Of a DNA stretch of 64,000 nucleotides, positions 41,285-53,450 are shown in pieces. The stretch spans positions 30,845,735 to 30,909,734 of the forward strand of contig NC_068983.1 of the NCBI RefSeq assembly GCF_001194135.2. The letters are read 5' to 3'. Numbering within the stretch: position 1 is the first letter of the stretch; the number at the start of each line of letters is the position of its first letter. Source of the DNA: Octopus bimaculoides. Its lineage: Eukaryota. Both the position numbers and the translations under genes were made by a program. Below the pieces are notes generated by a model that was not told the origin of the DNA, made no database searches, and worked only from the letters and a program-made list of their open reading frames with translations.

Positions 41285-43213
41285 AAAGAAGGAGGTAGTA
41301 ACACTTGAGTACGTCGATATAAAAGATGTAATATTGGCTATAGACGAAATAAGTCCGAACTCAATTACTAGCCCAGGTAGTTTGCTAGCAATCCTTCTAA
41401 AATCATGTGATCGACCGCTAGCAAAATCACTACAGTCTCTCTTCTAGAGCTTCTTTTCAAATGGAAAATTTCCAAGCAAGTTGAAGAAAGGAACAATTTA
41501 CCTTAATCATAAAGGAGTTAGCAGAGCAGATGCCAAAAACTATATAGTCTTATTTCTCTGACTTCGCATATCAGCAAAGTCATGGAGAAGATTGTCCGTA
41601 GGAAACTGATCACGTTCCTTGAAGAAAATTACTTGCTTGCTGACACCTAGCATGGTTTCCGACCATGAAGAAACTGCTTGAGACAGTTCTTTTCACACTG
41701 TTGAAACAGCTACTTGAACACTCAAGTGTAGATGTGGTATATCTTGACTTTGCAAAGCCCTCGTTAATTAGATCATGGAATGATATGTCATAATCTGCAT
41801 GACCTCAGCATAGTTGGAAACCTTGGAAAGTGGCTGCACGACTTTTTAAAAGAAAGAAGTCAGGCTGTGGTGGCCAATGGAGCCCCCTTCAAAGAAACCC
41901 AAATAGTGAGTTATGTCCCTCGTGGCACTGTCTTGAGGCCACTACTGTTCATAGTGGCCCTCATCCACACACATCCCTCACCAGCTTTGAAGATGACACA
42001 AAAGTCTCACAAGTAATACAAAACCTTGAAGATGCCATACACCTGCAACAACTGACACTCCGTCGGCTACGACGACTAGTGATCCAGCTGATCCGATCAA
42101 CAGAGCAGCCTGCTCGTGAAATTAATATGCAAGTGTACCCTTAACGTAGTTCTGAGGGAGATTCAGCGTGACACAGAATGTAACAAGGTTGGCCCTTTCA
42201 ATTAAAGGCACTACTCATTTTTGCCAGCTGAGTGAACTAGAGCAACGTGAAATAAAACGTCTAGCTCAATGACCCAACGCGCCGCCAGGAAGCGAACTCA
42301 CGACCTTACGATAGTGAGCCGAATACCCTAACCACTAAATCACGCGTCTTCATGCCTGCAACAAGAGTTAGATGCAATATACAAGTGGGTTAACGACAAT
42401 AACATGCAGTTCAATGCTGGATGTTTCTACGCTCTACGCTATAAGCAGACAAAGTTATTCAATGCAGACAAAATACTCGGGACCTGGAGGGATCGCAGTT
42501 CCAGAAGCACAATCATTGTGACCAGGGCATTAACATGAGGAGTGATGCAGCCTTCCATGTCCATATTACTAAGTTGGTAATGAAATGCAGGTGGCTGATC
42601 AGATGGACTCTTAGAACTTTCAGAACAAGAGAGCAAGAAACCATAATGGTTCTCTGTAGGACATTTGTCCAAAGCCGTTCTGATTATTGCTCCCAACTAT
42701 GGTCACTACAGCGGAACTCGAAGCAGTCCAACGAAGCTACACGAAGAAGATAGCCTCAATGCACATATCGGTCAAGATGTTAAGACTTTACTTCCTGGAA
42801 CGAAGGCAGGAAAGATAAACTGGAAGATCTGGAAGATCCTAGAAGGATTAGTCCCAAGTTTTGACGCTGAAAGTTATACAATCGCCAGGACAGGATGCCA
42901 TTGCCAAAATCTGGGACAAGATGCTGCAACAGCTTGGGATGGATTCAAGGACCTACAGCTCTTCAAAATCCTCCCATAGAAGCTGAGATACCAAGACGGT
43001 ATGGATGTAGATGCTCACAAAACTAAACTAGATCTACTGTCACGAGTCCCAGATGAGCGAACTTCAGGGCAGAAAGTGGGAATGAGGGCAGTGGCATCAA
43101 ACTCCCTCATTCACCAAATGCCAAACTATTAAAGGAGGATTAATGAAGGTGTGGCAACACCAGGTGGCGGTGCCCCAACGTGGCCACAGCTCTTGAGTTG
43201 AGACTAATAAAGG
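41285..43213 (+). pseudogene. CR1-clade LINE, 5'-truncated, degenerate RT ORF plus 3' UTR
   Basis: Motifs ISLTSHISKVMEKIV, HGFRP, DVVYLDFAK, VPRGTVLRPLLF, F.DDTK, DNNMQFNA, WTLRTF and SRSDYCSQLWS, with stops and frameshifts. Confidence 0.9.
42052..42354 (-). mobile_element. SINE family E inserted in the CR1 RT with 10-bp TSD
   Basis: CCTGCAACAA at 42042-42051 and 42355-42364. tRNA-like head on the minus strand. Confidence 0.9.
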
Positions 43214-43229
43214 AGTGACGAGTAAAAGG

Positions 43230-43525
43230 GCCAAATATATATTCATGGGATTGCACCTAGAAATTTCCCCTTCCGAGGTTTCCCCTTGCTCGGGCAAGGT
43301 TGTTAATGAAAGACTAGCCGTAACCCATGCATACCAGCCTCCTCTTTCCACGCCACCGATGTTGTCCAAGGGAAAGGCAAAGGCCGATACAACTTGGCAT
43401 CAATTACGTCGCAACTCATTTCTAAAACTGAGTGAACTGGAGCAATCTGAAATAAAGTGTCTTGCTCAAGAACACAACACACAGCCCAATCCGGGATTCG
43501 AGCTCACTACCTTATGATTGTGACA
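43230..43525 (-). mobile_element. SINE family D (head partly truncated)
   Basis: Homologous to 47890-48226. Confidence 0.8.
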
Positions 43526-43575
43526 TATATATATATATATAGATAGATAGATAGATACACACATACGTACATATA

Positions 43576-44714
43576 CAGGGCGTCACAAGTACTTGAGCAC
43601 ACTAAAGTATCAGTATATTTCTCTCTTCTAACGAATTAAAAAGTATTTTATTCATTTCGTTTCGGTCCTCTATGTTAGACTAATGCTAGATATGAAAATA
43701 CCTACAGTTATTGTTGTTATATATGCAGAAAACAACAATTTAGAAATTGCCATCTTTCTAAATGTCGGACGATCCTCTGTACACAAAGTTCGGATGGAAC
43801 TGGAACCCAGCAGCCGTAATGTTTCACATGTATGAAAGAAAAGGAAAAAGCATTCTAAAGATTGACGCCGCTATTCATCGAAGTGGTTGAAAATAATATC
43901 GATGAAGATCACGGAAAATCAGCGGTGGCCATCGCTGAAAAATGCAGGTGTCGGAGTGGCTTATCCGAATTGTAGTGCGAAAGACGTCTATGTACAGGGA
44001 TAGGCCATTTCATGTCTGGAACGACACAGTAAAACTGCATTTAACCGTGCTGTGTGGTTACTTAACAAGGTTAAAAACGTTCTCGAGCATGGCACGTTTT
44101 GCTATTCTTTGATGAAAAAGAAAAACTATGACCACGATTAAAAGTCTAACGGGAAATGACATATAGTTATAGTGACGCACGCTATGGCTTTAGGTGTGAT
44201 AACTAACGAAGGTCATATCATGGCACTTCACCTTTTTCCATGGGCTCTTAGAATTTATGCTACTGGAGACAGTTGTAAAGTTCTGAGTGGATTGAAATAT
44301 GCCTTAGAGGGCTGTACATGCTTAAATAAAATTCAGTACCCTCTCACAAAGGCTGTATAACCTTAGAATAAATGTCAGACAATCTTTACGATAGTGTAAC
44401 ACCAAACTTGTGGTCTTGAAACCCACCAGATTGAAATCCTACGTTTAGGGCGTTGTTGAAAGAAAGACTAATTAACAACCCCACAATACCACAGCTTCAT
44501 TGAAGGTTGCCATAGTCCAGGTGATATCCGAAATGAATAAGGAACATCTAGTACAAGCATACCAACGATTCTGGTTGCGCATTGAAGCAGTCATTGGAGC
44601 TGAAGGCGGATTCATAGAGCACGTGCACAAATTTTATTATGCACATAGTATTTGTAAGATTAGAGTTGTTTTATGAAATTACGAAATATGCCCTCGAATA
44701 CGTCTCGCTCTCTG
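43576..44714 (+). pseudogene. Tc1/mariner (DD37D/maT-like) transposon relic
   Basis: TA-CAGGGCGTCACAAGTACTTGAG start. Remnants F(S)DEK, MALGVITNEGHIM..H.F, TPNLW...PD.NP and EMNKEHLVQAYQRFWLRIEAVIGAEGGFIE. Degenerate right end ...CTG-TA. Confidence 0.8.
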
Positions 44715-44745
44715 TACACACACACATACACTCATACGAAGCTAC

Positions 44746-44798
<53 letters not shown>

Positions 44799-45880
44799 AA
44801 CATACACATACTACACACCTATATATAAACATTATCGATTGCGCATACAGAATATGCGTTTTGTCTACACACCGAATTTGCTGCGGGATAGCGTCTGGAA
44901 AAGGCTCCCTACATAATGCTAATTATCAGGTTATATATATAACGATGCGTTTTAACGATGCGTCCTGCCCAGCTCTTCGAAACGCCGGTGTTAAAACGGG
45001 GGTAGCTGATGAAGAAGAATGTTCTCTATGTGGCTTGTGTGTTTTCTCGTCTACGTTTTGTTTGCAATGTCCTGTACCCAGATATGCACCTATACATACA
45101 GGTGGATGTCGGTATGCACATACCTGTACGTATATATGCATATACTCATTTACTATTTGTTTTTACATGACCGAACGTAGCGTCACCAATTTGTAAGTAG
45201 TTATCGTAACTTTATATTTTCCGACGCTACTCTATCTCTTTCTCTTTCTCTTCCTCTATCATTTTCCCCCTCTCGTTCTNNNNNNNNNNNNNNNNNNNNN
45301 NNNNNNNNNNNNNNNNNNNNNNNNNNNNNNNNNNNNNNNNNNNNNNNNNNNNNNNNNNNNNNNNNNNNNNNNNNNNNNNNNNNNNNNNNNNNNNNNNNNN
45401 NNNNNNNNNNNNNNNNNNNNNNNNNNNNNNNNNNNNNNNNNNNNNNNNNNNNNNNNNNNNNNNNNNNNNNNNNNNNNNNNNNNNNNNNNNNNNNNNNNNN
45501 NNNNNNNNNNNNNNNNNNNNNNNNNNNNNNNNNNNNNNNNNNNNNNNNNNNNNNNNNNNNNNNNNNNNNNNNNNNNNNNNNNNNNNNNNNNNNNNNNNNN
45601 NNNNNNNNNNNNNNNNNNNNNNNNNNNNNNNNNNNNNNNNNNNNNNNNNNNNNNNNNNNNNNNNNNNNNNNNNNNNNNNNNNNNNNNNNNNNNNNNNNNN
45701 NNNNNNNNNNNNNNNNNNNNNNNNNNNNNNNNNNNNNNNNNNNNNNNNNNNNNNNNNNNNNNNNNNNNNNNNNNNNNNNNNNNNNNNNNNNNNNTGTACC
45801 CAGATATGCACCTATACATACAGGTGGATGTCGGTATGCACATACCTGTACGTATATATGCATATACTCATTTACTATTT

Positions 45881-45923
<43 letters not shown>

Positions 45924-45944
45924 CATACATACATACATACATGA

Positions 45945-46402
45945 ACTGATAATTTAGAAATTCTTGTAGAGTTTATTATGCTTCTAGGGTGATTTGAAAA
46001 TCTATTCACGTAATTCAAATATTCACTGGGTTTAAGAAAAGAAGAGAATAGACTAGAATTTAACTCCGAGGTGAAATTTTCTTCCAAGAAGTTGTTTTCA
46101 ATAGAAGTACTTAGAACGAAGTTACAAAAACATTTCCTTACATTTTTTTTACTCTTTCAATATTTACTTTACTTGAAAATATTGCATCGTCTCTATGTAG
46201 ACCTCCCAAGCGGAAACATAATAAACTCTATAGTTAAAGATGTATCTACTAGAATTTCTATATTATCAGCTAATGAAGAAATTTTTAAGCAGCATGTTAC
46301 ATATTATAATGCAGCGTTAAGTAGAGCTGGTTACAAATGTACATATGAGCTGATGATTTAGAAATTCTAGTAGAAACATTTTCAAATATAGAGTTTATTG
46401 TT
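45945..46402. mobile_element. Penelope-like RT fragments in alternating orientations
   Basis: Minus: LKPSEYLNYVNRFSNHPRSIINS. Plus: NIINSIVKDVSTRISILSANEEIFKQHVTYYNAALSRAGYK. Third inverted copy at ~46349-46402. Confidence 0.75.
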
Positions 46403-46482
46403 ATATATATGAATATATGCATATGTACATACACATGTATACATATACATATATACACACACACAAACACACATGCATATAT

Positions 46483-47001
46483 GGGTACAGGACGTCACCA
46501 AACAGTAAACAACATGAAATACGAAAGCAAATGCGTTCAATAATCAAACAATGCGAGAAACAAATGGAAAACAGGAGAATTAACATAAAGAACGACCCTT
46601 CGTCAGTTGTCGGCTGTCTATTTACTCTTCATTTCGAGCATTATGAGTTTTCGAAGACAGTTGCTCCCATGCATGTCAAAATAAAATTTGGGACTTATGG
46701 AGGGTCGCAGTTGGGAACAAAAACAGGACAGTGGAGACAAACAAGGAAACCGAACGGAAACAAGCATGGGGCGGGGTGGTTAGACAAGAACGTGGGTAAA
46801 AATAGCGAACGCTGGAGAAATAATTTCTTTGACTAAAAGATAAGATATAAGAGAGAGATAGGATACGTGCTAGCCGACAACTGACGAAGGGTCGTTCTTT
46901 ATGTTACTTCTGTTTTCCATTTGTTTCTCTCGTTGTTTGTGTATTGAACTCATTTGCTTTCGTATTTCATGTTGTTTACTGTTTGATGACGTGCTGTACC
47001 C
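46483..47001. mobile_element. Foldback/MITE-like element with ~130-bp terminal inverted repeats
   Basis: 46483-46615 is the imperfect reverse complement of 46872-47001. Flanked by ATAT. Confidence 0.85.
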
Positions 47002-47067
47002 ATATATGTATGCGTGTATATGTGTGTGTAAATAATATATATATGCATATATATATATTATTTACAT

Positions 47068-47103
<36 letters not shown>

Positions 47104-47234
47104 TATACATATATATATATATATATACATACTTAGAAATGGATGCGTCACATTCAGTTAAATAATAAATGATATATATCGTTATGTATATCTACTACCT
47201 AAATGTGGCTGACCCATATGGGACGATGGACCAG

Positions 47235-47826
47235 GAAGGCATCTCCTCCAGTTGGCTAACGACACACTGTCTGTGCCCGATCAGTATTTGCGAAGGGAAA
47301 TCATTGTCTTAGCTGCTTCAGCCTTCCCCAGTACTTGAGCTGTTGTAATGAGACGATCTTTACGAAGCTTCGCTAGATTGCTGCAAGGTTCGCTGTTAAT
47401 TTTACACTGTGGAGTGACCATAGCGGGGGGCAGTAGTCTAGACGGCTGAGGACGAATGTCCTCCAGAGGTCTATCATGGTTTCCTTCTCTCTGGTTGTGA
47501 AGGTTCTCAGGATCCAGCCAGCCGTCTGCACTTTGTCACCGTCTTGGTAATGTGCGCTTGGGAAGAGGTATAATCACTCATGTCGATACTCAGGTCCCAC
47601 ACTGATTTAGGTTCTGGGATTGTAATCTCCTTTGGGCCAGTGTACCTTATAAGTTTTACGTTCAGTTTTGGGTAGCGTAGGGCTTGGAATTTTCCAGCAT
47701 TAAACTGCATATTATTGTCCTCAGCCCATCTGTAAATTGAGTCCAACTCAAGACTTTCGTATCGTCTGAGTAGCAAGCAAGGGTGGCTATCCGGACAGCT
47801 GAGGGCATATCCGAGAGGGCCACTAT
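47235..47826 (-). pseudogene. CR1-clade LINE RT fragment
   Basis: IVALSDMP..YSDDTK; ELDSIYRWAEDNNMQFNAGKFQALRY; AGWILRTF. Same family as 41285-43213. Confidence 0.85.
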
Positions 47827-47848
47827 ACATACATATATACATATAAAT

Positions 47849-47889
<41 letters not shown>

Positions 47890-47890
<1 letters not shown>

Positions 47891-48221
47891 ATACTGAGAC
47901 CCCCTTTGGTCATGGCTGACCATGGGATTGCGCCTAGAAAGTTACCCTCCCATGTACAAGTCCGCGCAAGGGCGTTTATGGAAGACCAGCAGTCGCCCAT
48001 ACATACCAGCCTCCCTTCTCCACGCCGCCAGTGTTAAGGGTAGGCAAAGGCTGATGCAGCTTGGCACCTGTGACGTTGCAACTCATTTCTACAGCTGAGT
48101 GAACTGGAGCAATGTGAAATAAAGTGCCTTGCTCAGGAACACAACACGCAGCCTGGTCTGGGATTCGAACTCACAACCTCACGATCGTAAGCTCGACACT
48201 CTAACCACTGAGCCATGTGCC

Positions 48222-48226
<5 letters not shown>
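47890..48226 (-). mobile_element. SINE family D, full length
   Basis: Minus-strand head GTGAAGGCACATGGCTCAGTGGTTAGAG (A box) ...GAGTTCGAATCCC (B box), core CTGAGCAAGGCACTT. Confidence 0.9.
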
Positions 48227-48269
<43 letters not shown>

Positions 48270-48384
48270 TATTTATATGTATTTATACATATATAGATAT
48301 ACGTGTATAGATAAATATATGTGTGTGTATGTATATATCTACCTATATATATATGTTATATGCATATTTATATACATTATCTTA

Positions 48385-48746
48385 TTCTTTTATTTGTTTC
48401 AGTCATTTGATTGTGGCCATGCTGGAGCACCGCCTTTAGTCGAGCAAATCGATCCCAGGACCTATTCTTTGTAAGCCTATTATTTATTCTATCGGTCGCT
48501 TTTGCCCAACCGCTAAATTACGGGAACGTAAACACACCAAGCGATGTTGAGGTAGCAAACACAGACCCCCCCTCACACACACACATAGATACATACATAC
48601 ATATACGACGGGCTTCCTTCCGCTTCCGTCTACCAAATCCACTCACAAGGCTTTGGTAGAAGACACTTTCCAAAGGTGCCACGTAGTGGGACTGAACCCG
48701 GAACCATATGGTTGGTAAGCAGGCTACTTACCACACAGCCACTCCT
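48385..48746 (-). mobile_element. SINE family A
   Basis: Reverse-complement match to family A. Confidence 0.9.
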
Positions 48747-49577
48747 GCACACACACATACACACACACACATATATATATATATAGTACTTATACATAGA
48801 TATATATATTCATATATATGCACACACATATTTATTTATTTATATATACGTATATATATNNNNNNNNNNNNNNNNNNNNNNNNNNNNNNNNNNNNNNNNN
48901 NNNNNNNNNNNNNNNNNNNNNNNNNNNNNNNNNNNNNNNNNNNNNNNNNNNNNNNNNNNNNNNNNNNNNNNNNNNNNNNNNNNNNNNNNNNNNNNNNNNN
49001 NNNNNNNNNNNNNNNNNNNNNNNNNNNNNNNNNNNNNNNNNNNNNNNNNNNNNNNNNNNNNNNNNNNNNNNNNNNNNNNNNNNNNNNNNNNNNNNNNNNN
49101 NNNNNNNNNNNNNNNNNNNNNNNNNNNNNNNNNNNNNNNNNNNNNNNNNNNNNNNNNNNNNNNNNNNNNNNNNNNNNNNNNNNNNNNNNNNNNNNNNNNN
49201 NNNNNNNNNNNNNNNNNNNNNNNNNNNNNNNNNNNNNNNNNNNNNNNNNNNNNNNNNNNNNNNNNNNNNNNNNNNNNNNNNNNNNNNNNNNNNNNNNNNN
49301 NNNNNNNNNNNNNNNNNNNNNNNNNNNNNNNNNNNNNNNNNNNNNNNNNNNNNNNNNNNNNNNNNNNNNNNNNNNNNNNNNNNNNNNNNNNNNNNNNNNN
49401 NNNNNNNNNNNNNNNNNNNNNNNNNNNNNNNNNNNNNNNNNNNNNNNNNNNNNNNNNNNNNNNNNNNNNNNNNNNNNNNNNNNNNNNNNNNNNNNNNNNN
49501 NNNNNNNNNNNNNNNNNNNNNNNNNNNNNNNNNNNNNNNNNNNNNNNNNNNNNNNNNNNNNNNNNNNNNNNNNNNNN

Positions 49578-49626
<49 letters not shown>

Positions 49627-49652
49627 GGAGAGGGAGAGGGAGATAGATAGAC

Positions 49653-49684
<32 letters not shown>

Positions 49685-49789
49685 GATATAAATACGTATA
49701 TACAAATATGCATATATATGTATACATTGTCAGTGGGTCATTTCTCTGAATAAGAAACACACTCTAAAAAATAGACCAGTAGTGTAATT

Positions 49790-50089
49790 TACATCCCGTT
49801 GAAGACGTATGGGCGTTCAGCTTTTTCCGGACGACCTGCACAAATGATTTGCTTATAGTGATCAAATGTTTGTGCTGCATATTAGCTCACTCCCTCCATC
49901 AAATCGATGTTGTCTGAACAGGTACACTGTGTACCACGCGTTAGGTGTCGAAGTGATTACAGAGCAACGTAAAATGAAGTGTTTTGCTCAAGAACAGAAC
50001 ACAACACAACTCCCGGTCTAGGAATTGAAATCACGATCGCTGAACGTGAGTGCAACACCCCTAACCACTAGTCCATGTGTCTTCCACTT

Positions 50090-50090
<1 letters not shown>
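49790..50090 (-). mobile_element. tRNA-headed SINE family F
   Basis: Head with TAGTGGTTAG and TTCAATTCC boxes and CTTGAGCAAAACACTT core; different body from D and E. Confidence 0.7.
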
Positions 50091-50134
<44 letters not shown>

Positions 50135-50144
50135 NNNNNNNNNN

Positions 50145-50183
<39 letters not shown>

Positions 50184-50553
50184 ATACATGTACGTATATA
50201 TATTCATACACTCACATATTATTTGTATTATTATTATCATTATTATTATTATTATTATTTTACATACATATATATATATATGTTAAATCTCTGAACGAGG
50301 TATTAACAGTAACTGCACGATAAAGTGAAGTATATTTGCCACTTAAATGTGGCTGACCTCGAGTGGGGTATATGCATATATACGTACATGTATGTACATA
50401 CTTACATCTACCTATTTGTTTATGGGGAAACGAAACGTTTTGAATATGCAAATAAACCTCCTATTCCATTATGTCGGACACAGCCTGATGATGCTGACTA
50501 GTGAACCAGTTTTCGGGGCTGCATTGAGCTGAACCGATATAATGTGGGATGAA

Positions 50554-50977
50554 TATAGTAATAATAACAATAATCCTTGGATGGGACTTTTAAAAATTTA
50601 ATGCATCGCTATGCGCGTTTCCACAGATTATATGTCTCTTAAGATCACAGTCCGTATTTCTGGGATGGTTACAGTGTAGTCCGTAGTATCCGTGGACATT
50701 GAGTAGATCATCTTCGTGGATTCATTTCTTCAGACGATATAACATCAATGGATGTTTACCAGAGAGATGTTTATTCTTTTTGACCAGTGCGAAGGTTCGC
50801 CTGAAGAAATGAATCCATGAAGATCTATCCGATGCCCACGTATACTACGGATTACACTGTAACCATCCTAAGAATGCGCACTGTGATCTTAAAAGACATG
50901 TGATTTGTGGAAACAAGCGCAGCGATGCATTAAATGTTTATAAATCCTATCCAAGGATTATTATTATCATTACTATA
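50554..50977. mobile_element. Foldback/MITE-like element with ~183-bp inverted arms and ~60-bp spacer
   Basis: 50554-50737 is the imperfect reverse complement of 50797-50977. Termini TATAGTA...TACTATA. Confidence 0.85.
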
Positions 50978-51759
50978 CACGCACGCACAGACACAGACAC
51001 ACACACACAAGCACACACGTATACATTGTGAGATTATATAAGGTTTTAAAAGCAATTATGTAATCATAACGGTAATGTGCTGAAACGAGTGTATGTTCTA
51101 TAAAGCATTGGATACTATACCATTTATCTGTATCTTATAAAATTTAATAGCGAGTGTAGAAGGACAGGAAAAAATTGTCTGTCTTACGTGTGTTTTGAGG
51201 ACTGTTATTGGAGACAATTTTTTTTGCTACGTTTGCAAAGACAGTTTGTTATTGTTTGGGTCCATTGAGATATTGATGTAAAGATTTAATGATGTAAAGA
51301 TGGTTTATGGGTCAGATGTGTTATATTTAAGTCATCATTTGTGTTTTTGAAAGTTTATGACCAATCAATTTTTCTTTTTTTTTTTTTTGTGCAGCATGGT
51401 ATTGTTTTGCTCTAGGATTCATTCAAGAATGTTTATAGATAATATCTGTTGGATTTCTCAAGGAAGCGTAGAACAGAGAGAGTTCAAAGTTAATGCCATT
51501 GTCTTACGTTTTCTTCCAAGAAATTTTCAGCTATATTTCTTCAAAATTCAGATTGGTAAAGATTATATTAAAAAAAATTTTTCTCATTTTTACATATACT
51601 TGTGCGTTCTTTGAAGGCCTGCATATATGAATGTAGACGTGTGCATGTTTGTAACTACATAGCTATTCTCATATATGGCAATAAATGCAAATAGTTTAAG
51701 CCTTTTACACAGAGGTATGAGTCTACAAGATGTAAATATATAAATACGCCCATATGTGT

Positions 51760-51808
51760 GTGTGTACTTAAATATGTATACATATACATACATACATACA
51801 CACACACA

Positions 51809-51839
<31 letters not shown>

Positions 51840-52146
51840 GCCTACATATATAGATACATATGCACATATATACGTATATATATACAGACATATGTGTATA
51901 TAAATATATAAACAAATATATATATTTATATACATGTATACATATATATACATACATATACATACATATATATATATACATACATAAATACATATATACA
52001 TACATATATATGCACACGCATACATATATATACATACATATTTATACATACATACATACATATATACATATATACATACACACATACATATATACATATA
52101 TATATATAATATCTATACAAATGCTGCATGTATGTATGTATGTATG

Positions 52147-52183
<37 letters not shown>

Positions 52184-52768
52184 ATATATATATAATGTAT
52201 ATACTTACATGTATATGCATACATTGAAATTGAGGTGAATAGGATTAACATGTACGTTGATGCACTTCTAGAAATTTTCATAGTTGAACTTCACATTTAA
52301 CTAGGTGCTATACGTAGTCTGACATGCTATTTGCTTTACGTATACAAAAGATATACATATGTGTGGATATATAACCGATACAGCTCTGGTTATAGATAAG
52401 CTAATAATACATGCATATGCTTGTACCAATCTACGTATGAAACTCGTAAAATGGGTATGTTGTTTTCAGACCTACATTAAAAGGAAATCCCAGCTCTACC
52501 CTTCAATTCCCCATATCCGACGACTGTTAATTTACCTTTCTATGATTAAAAGGTTCTTCAACACGAGACCGTACCGTAACATGAACTGGCTGTTAAAGGA
52601 TTAAATTTTATAATGGTGTATAATATATTCATACGAATATTTCTATGTATATTGGGTAAACTTTTGTACATCCCGTACATATTTCATGTGTGTGTGTGTG
52701 TGTCTACATACATAAACACACACACACATAAACACACACGCGCACACATATATATGCATGTAGCCCCC

Positions 52769-52805
<37 letters not shown>

Positions 52806-53181
52806 TGTAGATAGATATAGATACAGAAATCATAAAAAACAGGAAGATCCCCTGAATTCCAACTGCATAAAACTCTGCGTTATACTCCTTTGTACTGGAT
52901 TATTATGTCGTTTGATTGCCAGGTCCACTAAAGGAGCTTTCTGTGATAGTCTCATGATTCTATGAATCCATATATTGCACTACAAATTTATATATATACA
53001 CGTATATATATACACACACACACACACATATATATATATACACACGCACACAAACAAATATATACACATGCATATATACATATATAAATATATACGTATA
53101 CATATACATATATATACACAGACGCATACACACACACATACATATATATATACACATAAACATATGTATATGAACATATAG

Positions 53182-53212
<31 letters not shown>

Positions 53213-53365
53213 GATAGGTAGGTAGGTAGGTAGATCGGTAGATAGATAGGTATGTAAGTAGGTAGGTAGGTAGGTAGGTAGGAAGGTAGGGAAGGAGGGA
53301 GGGAGGTGGATAGATAGATAAATAGATAGACAGGTAGATAGGCTGACAGACAAATATAGACAGAC

Positions 53366-53428
<63 letters not shown>

Positions 53429-53450
53429 TACTAGCACACAGACACGTAGA
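51760..53450. repeat. Low-complexity (TACA)/(TA)/(CA)/(TAGA)/(TAGG) satellite blocks
   Basis: Directly visible at ~51760-52200 and ~52990-53430; explains the many IY/YV ORFs. Confidence 0.9.

Noticed and set aside
45073-45884. Exact ~90-bp direct repeat (45073-45162 and 45795-45884) resembling an LTR pair
   Set aside because: The second copy starts exactly at the end of an N gap, so it is most likely a scaffolding overlap artefact.
46872-46910. CTGACGA core in the 46483 element arms
   Set aside because: No downstream stem II-GAAA-stem III.
47890-48226. tRNA gene calls for SINE heads
   Set aside because: A and B boxes are present but there is no complete cloverleaf; they continue into repeat bodies found in many copies.
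50797-50840. CTGAAGA...GAAG hammerhead-like core in the 50554 foldback
   Set aside because: GAAG instead of GAAA in both arms and no stem I.
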